From: Phoronis australis
Taxonomy: Eukaryota; Animalia; Phoronida
Length of the DNA stretch: 64,000 bases
Direction: 5' to 3'
NCBI GenBank assembly: GCA_002633005.1
Contig: NMRA01000285.1
Location: 481,505 to 545,504 of the forward strand
Below the pieces are notes generated by a model. The model did not search any database, was not told the origin of the DNA, and worked only from the letters and a program-made list of their open reading frames with translations. Both the position numbers and the translations under genes were made by a program. Shown here piece by piece: positions 44,041-57,200 of this stretch; positions within the stretch are counted from its first letter, which is position 1; each line of letters begins with the position of its first letter.

Positions 44041-45131
44041 CATTAAAAACGCTCAGTTTTTTGATTAACGAGTTAGAGTGGAGGCCACTAAATAAGGTTT
44101 AAGATAACCTTAAAGAAAAACAGTGAAAATACGGTCGTCTGAATAAACTCACACGGTTCTTGGCAATACGCAACATCAGGGTGTGGGCTTTACGCAGAGC
44201 TTGGGCATGAGGACTTAGAAGGCGCAGATGGTTGTTTACCTGTTCTATCACGCAACTGGTTTCACCATTTTGCATCCTTGCACGGTATTATTGGAATGCG
44301 CATTAATCCAAAGAGCTAATCACGTCTGCTTCAATAAAAATGGTACGTACGTCATGTACTTGTATCTCTAGCCCGAAGTGGAACACTTAAACAATTCAAA
44401 GTAAGGTTCACAGGAACCCAACCATCCATCTCTGAAATGTGATGCTCCGATAGAAGCCAAATCTGTACTTTAGTTCTCTGCAGTCCCACGTAATCTTGTA
44501 TTGTAATGCATGATATCTCGCAAAGATTAACCTTGTCTTACTGAACACACCTCGGTTCTGGAAAATAGCTCATTCTCAGACCATTCCTATAAAGCAATAG
44601 GTTACGTTACCGTCACCAGAACTTGTGTTTGCACTAACGTGGAGCTCCGACTTGTGAAGCATGTAGTTGTCTGCAATTTTGTAAAAAATAGGGTCTGATC
44701 GCCGCCAGGCTCATTTTTAATCATGTGCTCAAATGTTTAAAAAAACTATTTCAGCTAGCATCAGATGACCCAAATCACATTAATCAGCTTTCCTCAGTTG
44801 GATTTTGTTTTTGGAAATATGAAATAAAACAATTAATCGATTTTCAAAACGCACCTGATGCAAATCTGTTATTTTCCTAGTCCTCAGATACATTTCTGTC
44901 CCAGTCTATACTGTATTATAAGATTGCCAACATACCGCTTTACGTTTTTATGATAATATGAACATACAACAAACTGAAATGAACAAGGAAAAAGAAAAAA
45001 AGAAAGCCGACGAAATTATAGCTAAATCGAAATGTCGCAGCCAATGACAATACATGTCATCAACTTAATCTGCATCTTCCATACGGTTTTATGTCATTAA
45101 TAATCCGGATGTGGCTATGCGCAAATGAATA

Positions 45132-45281
45132 TCAATATCCGTCAGGTCGACCGCCTTTCCTAAAGTCTGAATAAGCCTGCAAGCCTTCGTCGGTCACAAA
45201 AATGGCTTGGACACTGGACGGTCGTAGACTAAAGGTGTTGGACATGTTGTGGCCCATCTTCTCAAGTGCAGTAATCACATC
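45132..45281 (-). CDS. GGT1: GGT-B terminal exon
   Basis: [49 protein letters not shown]. Confidence 0.92.
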   Translation of the reverse strand, partial: DVITALEKMGHNMSNTFSLRPSSVQAIFVTDEGLQAYSDFRKGGRPDGY

Positions 45282-48200
45282 CTGAAAAACAAATAAATCA
45301 ATGTGTGAAGCCTCGAAAGCACTAAACGGTCGCTAAATCTTCTTCTTACCGCGTCAGGGGGAACGAGAGTCTTCATAGCAGCGGCGTTGCTGCGATTTTG
45401 TCTAGCTTCAGACTCTTTGGATTTGTGAAAATGTGACTAGTCGACACCTACTTTTTACCTGGTTTCTGGAGTGCGGAGAGTTTTGGGAGTCTGAATGCGC
45501 TGTCTTAGATAACTTCATGCAGTTATATACTTCCGGTAGTCGCTAAAGGTAAGAAAATGACTTGTAGATCTTCCGTTCGAGGCAAAACGCGTGTTGCTTT
45601 AAAGTCCTTATCTCAAAGGGCATTCTAGTTCAAAAACTTAAAAACATATACCAAATTAAGTAATATGTAACATGGCATAATGTTCACATACTTTCTGTTA
45701 TCAGACTAAAAGCCTTTTTAGCACAATTTAGTACCTCGGCCGAGATCGGGAAATCATCGACTTTTCCCGTTTATTTCCGTGACCTGAGTTCCTGTGTGTC
45801 AGTTCAGGAACGATTCCTGAATGCCAGCCATGTTGTCGTTGAAAACGTATTGACATCACCGTGAGCGTAAATGCGTTTTTACTTTGGTTGTTTTTATTTC
45901 CCATTTTTGGTCCTTTTTATACAAACTTGATTATTTGTTGTCTTAATTTTACCTGTTCTTTACACTATGACGAATGGTATTTAATGCAACATCATAAGTT
46001 TGTGAAGTACCTTTGCAAAGTCTCCGGCGTAGCCAACGCTCGGCTACTGAGGTCAGCCCTGACTCATCGCGAGGGTTCGTTAAATTAGCAACAGTACTCG
46101 TTTAGGTATTAAATCAGAGGAAAAAGTTTCTTGCTCAACAAATGTCTTATCTTTATCGCCATATCTTGAAATTGATGCGAAGTACCAGCCTAAAGTGAAC
46201 AACTGCCGTGTCAAGGTGACTACCCGGACGTTTGTGCGCAGTGCGTAATTGGCAGCAAATTGGCACCGGCTTTACTGGCCGTTTAAAATGTAAAATAGAA
46301 AAAAGGCATATTCATATGGCGATGTTTTGACAAACAAAAACAAGTTTTATCTCAAAACAGTGAGATCCACATCTGTGCTTGATTTTGCTACCAGGACACA
46401 GTAACCGGCGAAGTAATTCCCCGGCCTACAGTAGCCGTGACTGTTCGCCGGGAAAATAATCACTTGGTAAATTGGCTTTGACTGAAAACGGGAAGCTATT
46501 CACACACTGTGAAAACTCGCAAAACGGCGCAGAAAGCCTTCTTGGCGTGAAAATTTGTATTGAAGTGGAAGTTCTACCTTGTTCACCTTTCATGGCCAGT
46601 TCTACGGTGGCAGTTAGTTGCATGGTCTTGCTAAGTGAAAACGGGAGCTAAAGTCACTCATCGGTGAGGACTAATACCAAATTGACCTTACTTAAAACTA
46701 CTGTAGGAACCAACATTGGTTCCTAGCTTAAAATCGTTCATTTAATCGTTCACGATAACTCATAACTTGTCGCGATGCTGTCAACTCAGGCTTCTTTCAC
46801 AGTAAAACAGTTGTCAGTTTTTTACCTCCGGAAATCCACTTTCATATTGCGTTACTGGCGGTAACAACTGGTGGTGAATCCGGGGTGCGTCTATCGCCTC
46901 CTTTATGTTTTCACCAAACCAAAGAGCTCTCATGATCACCTAAGGAAGTGAAGATAAAGAGTATACTTTCTTGTTTACGTATTATCCCATTTTCCTGCAC
47001 AATTGTATATCTATACGAACAAAAAGAAGTATTTGTATTTAGTTACATGCCAAATAGTGCAGAACGTGATTTTTAAAGTTCGACCATGTTTGCCAAAGTT
47101 AAAATCTTGACAGATGTTGAATTGTGACCGAACAGCAACACACGTCATACTCTATGCGTACAGTACATGCGCCGTTTTTCAATTACACTTTCAGATATAG
47201 CCACAACCAAATAACTCTGACGCGAATTCTTGAGTCGCTGATGTTTTTGATGATTTTCTGGGCCCGGTCTCCAATCTTTTTACTTGAAATGGTACTCGAA
47301 ATTAGGTTTGGCATTTTCTGCTCAACTTTTGGGCGAACTCAAGATAAGTGTCTATTATTCTATGCTCGAGTACACAATAACTTACGTAGATAATTTATTG
47401 CCCTTAGTTCACAGTTTGTAAACCCAATATTAAAGCAATAAGTTCGAGTTTTAACTCGAAATTTCGAGTTTTTACTCGATTTTGTAGCACGAATACAAGG
47501 GTGTTCAAGGGCAAACTTGAATTAGAAACTCCTATGCATAAACTATAATGTATTCGAGCACAGTTTGATAACCAATTATCTTAAGTTCGCACAAAAGGAG
47601 CAGAGAAATTGCTAAAAATAGTTTCGAGTTCGTTTCGAGCACAAAGATTAGAGACCGTGCCCTGGTAACGGAAATAATATTCCGTCATTGTGATGAGACC
47701 GATTTCTTGAAAAATAGGCTTAAATGAATTTCTTTTTAGCCAGCTAAACAGAACGAAGTACACGCTCAAATAAAGGAACCAGAAGAGCAATGATGATGGT
47801 ACATTGCAAGTCAAGCTAGAGGTCAAGGTGGCTATCGCTGGCAAACAAAAACAGAAGAGAATTGTTTTTGAAACAATTACAAATCATCACTGTAAAAAAG
47901 AAACTTTATCTTTGCGCCCATGCGTATACTTACGTATGCTGTGGATGTTGTTATTTTCGATCCACCGGAAGCTCCCACGACTAACTGGACGTCACCATTT
48001 CCGTCAACAAATATAGTTGGGCAAATCGAAGAAAGGGGTCGCTTTCCTGGTTCAATGAAATTAGCAGGTGACGGATGAATCCCAAAGCCGTTAATAATAT
48101 TCGGAGAACAGAAATCGTCCATTTCGCAATTGAAAATAATACCCGTTCGTCGACCTTTTACCATTGACCCAAAACTAAAAACAAAACAATCATGAATCAC

Positions 48201-51200
48201 AAGCACGTTCCATCATTTGGGCCCAATTCGACGTTAAGCACAAATCACAAATTACAAATAACGTCTGCGCTAACCTGCGCAAAAGCAAAAACATCTGTTG
48301 GATTAATCCTATCAATTCTGTAACCACGTACAACCTTACTGCGTGTTTATTGTACTCGTAATAGAGACAGCATCTCCATTGGGTGCCATTATTGAGGCGT
48401 GCGCCGTGCCAGTCAACTCGCGGTCCAGAAAAGTTGGTCCATAGTACTCGAAAGTATGCGTCATGTTGTCCCATATCTTATTCCGTATTTCTTCTGCGTA
48501 AGCCTTACTGGTCAGGTTGGCAATTAGCTGTTAAACGTAAAAGAATAGTATTTTCACATTCAAATGACGACTATGAGCTGTTTAGTTTTAGTTTTAATAT
48601 TCCACTGAGGACAAAACACCGTAATGAATCAACAGGGTAGCGCGTGACTTTGTAGTGTCTTATTTCTAAACAATTTCGTTTTCCAATCGCATTTCCCAGG
48701 TTCCTTTCCAGGGCATATCAAGTTTTACAACTTTTGCTTTCTTCGATGCAAATATGTTTAACTTCAGGCAACTTAGATCATAAAAAATGTGAGTCGTCGG
48801 GTATAAAAATTGTGCGGAGGTTTGAAATATCCACCTTCCAGTATATATGTTTAAAACTAACATCACAGCGAATACAGTGTCGCAGTGTACTATGCCCTTG
48901 CTGTTTTTTCGTCTCTTTACAGGAACTTTATCACACTTGTATGCAATGAAATTACCTTTTCAGAAGTCAATCTCGTATACAACACTTATAGAATGTACGG
49001 CAGCGTCATTTGTTGCCTAGTCTTATGGAAGCTTCACCAATTTCGTGTTCCTCAAATCTAAATGCCAAAATCATGATTGTGTGTCCAATAACTGGGATTG
49101 CCTACTTTCGGGTCTCAACAACAATGCAAAGAAACTACTGGCAACCAGTTATAGGAAAACTTCACTAACCGCGCTGATGTCAACAAAGTTTTCGTCTCCC
49201 AAGTCTGTCCTTTTGGCGTACGCAAACTTGAAAGCCTCGATGATCCTATGGTACGTTAGAACAGGCTCTTTTAGCAACGAATCTGTCTTCATTTTATACC
49301 CTGGAAGTATTTGGTCGACGGAAAATGAAGTTGATTAGCACAGAAATCCAAACACGGCTCCGTAAGTGATGCGTTTATGGGAGTCCCTGAAGTCACCAGG
49401 AGAGGTAGTGAAAATAATTGAATGTACCAGTGAATATGCCAAGTATCCAATAACAACTGCTGCATGTGCAGCTACAGCAAAAGTAATAACATTCGGACGC
49501 AGCAACAATACTAACACTAACTGCAGTACGTGGTACAAAGACGGAGTCGTGCGATTTGCTTAATACGTTACCGTCATTGAAAAGCATTTGGGTCGCAAAC
49601 ATAGTTTGAAACAATTTTGTGTGGCTGAAATATTTCTAAAATATTAGGATCTTTCGACACAAGAGCATATTCAAGATCAAAGAAATAAATTGCGAATTCG
49701 TCAGCACACATGTAATTTTCTGCAATCACACACAGGTTGATTGTAAGAAGTGTATCTTACCATCTAAAATATTTAAGATCAACCCCAGCACGATTCCGCT
49801 TGCTGGTGGTCTCACCGAGTAGAGCTTTAATCCTCTAATATCGAACGTCATTGGTTCTTTTTCTAGAACCCTATAATTCTGCAGGTCTTCTATTGTTATT
49901 ATACCGTCTGAAATCAGGGAAACCAAAAACACGTGGGTGAGTGTAAACACAAAAACGAAAGGATCTTCCAAACACCTCGGTTCGAGAAACGTTTTTCTCA
50001 CATGACCTGGATGTGTTACGACACGACTGGTTAACACCGAGTATTTTTTGATAATACAAGGACGATTCACAAAGTAGTGCAAAGTAGAAATCCATACGCC
50101 TCACATTGTGTCGTCTGGAAAACTAAATCAACAAAACGCGCGCAACCAAGCAATGCCGGAATTCCGTGAAAGTGCAGGTTATGATTGACAAATCGGTTGA
50201 CGCAACTGCACGCAATCCCAGTCGGAAGGACATGCAAACAACTTCTTAAACGGACCCATCTCCGGCGGCGATTTCCATATCCACGTTCATTCAAACGGAG
50301 ACGATCTCGACTCAAGAAACGCTTTGAGACTGTCCAGCTGTGCTGTCTCAAGGTCAATTCAGTACTCGTGTGAGGTTAAGCCTTTCTCAGTGGCGGATCT
50401 AGGATATCACAAGGGGGGCCAACATTTTTTCTGTAAGCACTTGCGCAAACCACGATTGTAGATGCGCATAGCACCGAATGGGGGCCCCCCTCCCGCCCAG
50501 GAAATTTTTCTGTTTTTTCATCTAAAAATCAAGCATTTTTCTTGTTTCCTGAAGTATTATCCAAGATAAAAATTAGAACGTGTCAAACAGGAAGAAACTG
50601 CACCCACCGCAGACTCGAACTCACGACCCGCGCGTGCTTTACCACTACACCACCACGATTTAACTCGTAATCTGATTCTAAGAGACCTACTTGTTTATGG
50701 TCCACAGCGTTTGCGCGCGAAATCTACTTCTTTTCGTAATGCTTATTACACGTTTTGTATTTTGTGCACTCGGTTCGTAACAAATTTGCTGTATTTAAAA
50801 TAGTCTTCAAATGCCCAAAAGACCAAATCCGTTTTTCGTGTTGGCAATAATGACGAGATTGCTTTGGAAATCGTCTTAAGTTAAGGTTTAACAAAGAGAG
50901 AATTATGAGTTTCTGAGTGATTCACTAATTAAGGCTTGGATTAAATTCACATCTTACCAGCAGCTTGTGTTTTTTCATCGTCACTCAGGTTCCATTTTCT
51001 TTAAAAAATGAAGAAAATTTTCTTCCTTGCATAGTGGAGCAGACGACGGAAACGGAGTCGTAGTGCGCAGCGCCACTGCCGGTCGTCTGGGATATCGCGG
51101 GAGAGCCTATTATATAATTATATACTTAGCCATAGTTCCGTTACAACTGCGCCGTGTTCCGAATTTGACACTTGAAATTGGAGCTGAGCCCCCCACCCCA

Positions 51201-54200
51201 ACACTAAAACTGCACACATTTAAATCTTCTTTCATCCGTATAATTTTAATTACCTGGGTTAATTAATAAACTCAACATTTCCCTACGCTCTTGCTGTTTT
51301 ATTTTTTGCGGCATCCAGGGGAGGGGGCGGGCCCCCTGCCCCCCTAAATCTGCCTATGTTTCTGACTGTTATTTATTAACATTTGCCCATGTCATAAACC
51401 TGAGACGAATGTAGGATTGCCTGTCACTGAAATGTCGTTAATCATGTCTTCTCATTGGTTCAAGTAATGAAACCGACATGATAACATTCAGTCATTCCCA
51501 TCAGTTGAAATCTGGGAAACCCCTGTCAGTTTACTGTTACGTATTATGGCCACCACCTTTGACTTGAGTAGTTGCAATTTATTAAAACGGGCAGTGTCCG
51601 AAGTATACAAAATCAAGAAAACCCCGATCCCGTGGCTAAACGCAAACAAGTACAGTGCACTGAAGGCGTGTGCAAGTGGTGGCGATGTGATCGATAAATT
51701 TCCGACCAAGCATGCGCATTGATGCCTACACGGAATTCCATGTGTCGTTCATCATGTTTCCACAGGGCCACTTTTTAGTATATAGGTGGCGCTGTGTCAG
51801 AGGGTGAGGGACACCTTGATCCTTTATACCTGGTTACTACAAAACCTCCTGATATGCCGCGTGACCTATAATGCTCCATCTGCTAGCAGAGACCGATTGC
51901 AAATTTTGTTCAAGATCAAGAAACGGAACATCATATAAGATTAAAACGCTTTTCAGAAATCTTAACCATTAATGGAAATTTGCATAAAAAGTGAAGCATT
52001 CACGTGTCACGAGGTACAAGGAATGTGCTAACTATGGAATATAAACATACTGCTTTCTTTAATGTCATTCACAATGTCCTCAGAAAGACTTCCGTTGTAA
52101 AACGCATTGGCGCCCTCCTCAGCTATTATTCTCAATGTGTGAGCTAATTTTGCGCGGTACATTGTATCTCCCTCTTTTAGTAGATTTCCATTGTGCTCGT
52201 CCGTGAAGACCTCTCTGAAATTGAAATACAATTTGTTTGAATACACAAAACTGCAACTATTTTGTAGAAAGGAAATTGAATGTGTCAGTCGCCGACTGGA
52301 ACAATTTTGCTTGATTTCTGTACACAACAAACAGTTAATACGTTCAAATTAGGGGTACTGTCTCGTTGCCAGTAGGCCCCAGGAGTTATAACATTATGGG
52401 GGGATTTCAGGCAGCGGAAGGGTTACGTTGGTGCTAAAGGAGGACGGTGGCTCGAGATATTTTTAAATAGTGTTATTGATATATAGAAACGTATATGCAA
52501 GGGAGATAAAAAGCACGCATACACACAGGCACACACGCACAAACACACACATGCATAAACACACGCATAACAAACAAATATCAATTTGAGATGTATCTGG
52601 AAAGGTTTAGTTAGTCAATTATTATAGAATACCTGTCATCTTTAAAGAGTTTCCACCATGACAGGGGTAGCTCACCATGGGGGGCTGGGGGTCTAAAACC
52701 CCAAATTTTTTCAGTACCGCGCAGCCCATGCCATGACCCTTTGTCTCAACACAAATTTTATAAAGGTTACATGAACCTTATTTACCAGGTTACACTTATG
52801 TGGAAATACCTTACATTTTGTAACTCCTACAAAGTATATATTTTCTGAAAGGTGAATAATTTTCGTAGCAAAATTTATTATCCTTATTTACTTGTCTTTA
52901 TTTTTATGAGACATGCATTTTTACTACTTTTTGAATTTGAGCAGAGATTCTAAAGACCAATTTGGTCTTTTGTGAACATGTTGATAACGGCATTTTCGAG
53001 AGAACTATGTCTCAGGTTTTTGAAATAGATCATTGTTTTTTAATTAACCACTTTTTAGAGCAATTTGAGCAAAAACGGCCGACGTACTATTGATTTTAAA
53101 GGCTTCGTTCTGAAAAATGGGACCTAATTCGAGATTCTTAGACCAGTTTCCTTTAGAAGGGTATCAAATAGCCAACCGTTCGAAATTTCATAGCAATCCG
53201 TTCCCGCATCGCCGAGAAATCGATTCTCAAATATTGAAAGAAACTCCAAAATCGCAACGCGAGAAATCGGTAACAACGCACGGCGGTGATCGAGATCGAA
53301 GTGCACAATCAGACTTTTCATGAGTTTATTGACTGTGACAGCTAGTACTTTTTATAGGTACTCGGGTGACATGGGTCGCTGAGATGATAAGAGCGGTGGT
53401 TACTCCGAAGATACCTGGATTATACATTCTAACTGATAACCAACCTGAGTTGCTCATTTCCCAAAATTTGATGTTTGGACGTAGCCATAGATTTTGACAA
53501 AGCCACGCCAACTTTAAAGCCTTCTTCGCAAAACTTAATTGTAGGCTCAAACAGCGTCTTCCACGGAAGTTTGCCAAACTTCTGGTGAGCTGCCCAGTAT
53601 CCGGCCAACTCCCCTGGTACACCGATTGATAATCCTCCTAGAACAATATCAAGCATGACTTTCTGAAGTAAGCTCAAAGAAAACAAAATCACTTAATATC
53701 TTCGATAAAAAATTAATCAACGCCGAAAATAGGCAGTGTTGTGCTACTGAATAATATACACAATGTGACGTTAAGGATATTTCAAACCTTATTTAATGAC
53801 CTTCATTTTAGCGCCTCATGTATCAAAAAACAAGCTATGTCAACTAGTAATAGTATATATTTTCTGACAGGAAAAGATCATTCAGAAATTATAAAAACAC
53901 GAACTGTCAGTATTATTATTTCGTTGATACCTTTACAAGTCAAAATTTCATTGTCAAGAATGCTACATACACAGCAAAATAACCCCTTGGTAGATTTTAA
54001 TGAAGCCATTTTTAAATGAAAACTTCCCAATTAAGCTCCAAAAAGCTTTTAAAGGCGAAGGCAACCCTTTTTCATGTCATTTTTAGTAAAAATAAGGCTG
54101 GTTGATTTTTTCAGACTTATTTTTCACTTAATTACAACTTTTTTAATTTAATTAATTACTCGCCCTCTACTCAGGAATTGGACGTTTTGGAAGGCAAGAA

Positions 54201-57200
54201 TTTCGCGCCAGTTTGTTCCTGCGTTGAGTTTACTGTGAGGATCTGTACTACTTTTGTTTTCGTGCCGTTTTTCTAAAATTGTCGCCACCAATTCCCATCG
54301 ACGAGTATTCTACTACAAGCTAGGTTGTTACAGAACTCAATTACGTTGGATTTAGGGATTGTTTAGTTTGTAGTAACCTGAAAATGGCTGGAGTCGGCGG
54401 CCCATATTACAGTGACAGTAGTGACGTGAGTAACGGACAGTCATAGACAGTCAGTGAGTGGGTATACATGTATGTTTGAACCCGAGTATAATGAGGGAGA
54501 GTACGTACAGGCACAACCGTCCCACTTTCGCGAGTGTCCCGCGACACACTCCAACCGGATGGTGACTTGAGCACACAAACTGCTTACATCCCGCCGCGTG
54601 ACTCCCTCGCCTCACACCTGGCACTTCCTAAGTAGCTCCAATATTTTAGACAAGCCCACAATAAACTTATCAAAGTTTGGCTCACCGATCTGTTTATTGG
54701 AGGACGAACTGGCATCTTCACTGGTTGTCGAACTGGGCCTGTATTCACTCCCACTAATCAACATCGCTGCAGAGCTGCTTACAGGCTCTCGGCTAGAGAC
54801 AACGGCAAAGGGCATCTTACTGCTAGTTCCCAGAATTGCACGCTCTGTACGTTCGGCGGCCCGAGTGACAATAGATGAAGTGCCTCCAGTCACTGTAGTG
54901 GCCACAGCTCGCAAGGCTTCTCGCTTCAAAGGCGCACTTCTCGGGGGTGGCGACGGGGCTCTGCCGGAAATCAACAGCGACGGTATGGCACCCTTCTTCA
55001 GGCGTTGTTTCACAGGGACCTTCATTAATTCAGCGTACATATCTCTCACGTAATCTGACGACAGAAAATGCTTGCCACACACTGGATAACCCTCCACTGC
55101 TTTGTTCGTTGTGTGGACGGGTAACGCTGCATTCTTCACACGAACGAGCCAAGTACGGCGAAGTGTGTCATCCTTCGGAAAGCGATGCACAGGTACTCCC
55201 AAAGCGCGCGCGAGACGACAATGAGTACTCAGCAACAGTATGGCATGTTGACTGACTCAAGCAAACGACGACCTAACTTATCACAACCGAGGTAGAACAA
55301 TGACTGACTCGACAGACCTCACATTCAAACTACATGAAAAGAAATGGCGCGAAATTCTTGCCTTCCAAAACGTCACTTCCGGAGTAGAGGACGAGCAATT
55401 AATTAAATTACGGAAAGCTGTAACTAAGTGAAAAATATGTCTGGGATAATCAACGAACCTTATTTTTGCTAAAATGACATGAAAAAGGTTGCTCATTTAA
55501 TTTCTATGCCAAATTAATTCGCAAAATGTTCGGTATTTTTGGAAAAATAGCTGTTGTATTCGTCTATCTTACGTTACGCAAAAACTAGTTGTTTAAATTT
55601 GAAAATCCCAAAAAAGTTTTGGACATTCATGATTTAAAGTTTCAATGAAATTCACCGAGCCGTTTTCGAAACTTCGTGTTTCTAATTTGAAATTTAGTCG
55701 ATTTGCCGAATCCCAGAAAAAGCACAAAACGTAGCGAGTTTTTAAAATCTGATGGTTATCGCTTAATTATTCGGTGAAAACTTGTTTTAAGTCAATAAAA
55801 CTTATATATCCCCTAGCCATGTTCGCTATATTTCAACATTCACTGGCAATGTCAACTGAAGTTGCAGTGCGTAATTAAACGCGGGTCGTATGCATGCAGA
55901 CGCACGACACCCTCAGGATCAAAATTACGTTTTGTGTTAATTTACCCCGACATCTTTCTATCCTATGTAACCTCGTTTACTCAATATTATGGCGAATCGG
56001 TGAATGAAAGGACCGAGGGTAAATACGAAACTACTCCATTCCTGGCGGGAGATTCGACTTGAGTGACAACCTTGTAACCTCTGACCTCGGATAAGTGCTG
56101 TAGTAAACAAATTTCCACGCGGTTGCCCGATTCCAAGGTGGTTCTGCTAATTCTTTTTTCTCCCTACACGGTAAATATTTGGTATTTGAAGTTCCCCGAG
56201 AACGAAGATATTTTGATAGGCACATGTGAAGTATTTTAAAAACGACCAATTTTTGTGAATAAGGTTTGAGATATCTTCAAATCGAAAAGGATTGCAACGA
56301 GCAATTTTCCCTAAGCTAGACCGACAGACCTAAAGAAAAAAATATTTTGACAGTAACAGAAATTCAAAGTCTCTACGAAAAAACTGTGAAAACACCTGGT
56401 GAACAGACCTCTGTTTCAGTGACAGAAAACCACTTTGAATGTGCAATTTAGTCTGTTTTTCACGTTCTATGCCATTTTAGTCGTCCAAAAGTATATTACG
56501 TTGACACACTACAGTTAGTTACTAGGTAAGCCTTTCACGGTTTTGTATGTCGCGGTCACTGAAACTGCGCAATAAAACTACCTCTTTCGATTAACTTTAC
56601 AAAATACCTTTCTTCTTTATGAAAACTTCGAAAAGCCAACGCGAACAGGACCAAGCCACCCTGATTCTTGAGTTAACACAAGGAACGATATAAACCGAAT
56701 CAGCAGGAATCCATTACGAGGAATTGAAAGGACAACTGTTTTGACGCATTTGAACTTGATTTCAAACGTATTTTTAAAAAAGTAAATGGTAATGTTATCG
56801 GCAATCCAAGCATTGTGATTTAAAGTTGAAGTCGTAGCCTATAAAATGACACCCACCAACTCGGTCCCCGTATACTGCATATTAGTGGCGGTATGGTGCT
56901 TAAAATTGAATCTGAAAAAGGCAATTTAAATGTTACAAGCCATTTTCTTGTACTTAACTGCCTTAAAACGCTTAAAAGAGAGACACAGCTGCTCCTTTAA
57001 TATATTTACTTCAAGACATTCAAGCTTACCCTCAGCGGCTAATGCCGCGTTCCCTTTATACATATTTGCAGTAGCGGCCCCAGGAGCTTCTTCTCGAAAG
57101 TCAAATGTTGTGACATTTTTGTTTTCCCTGAAATGAAATAAAAAGTATCGGTATTGAGCTACAGGTACGTGACCATGCAGTGACTTGTACAATTGAGATA

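Noticed and set aside
45480-45560. Antisense promoter or first exon (ETS-like acttccggt plus aaag|gtaaga) in the last GGT-B intron
   Set aside because: Only short motifs, with no downstream exon or ORF support.
50595-50660. tRNA gene
   Set aside because: A and B boxes are present but there is no anticodon arm or acceptor stem, and it sits inside a repeat.
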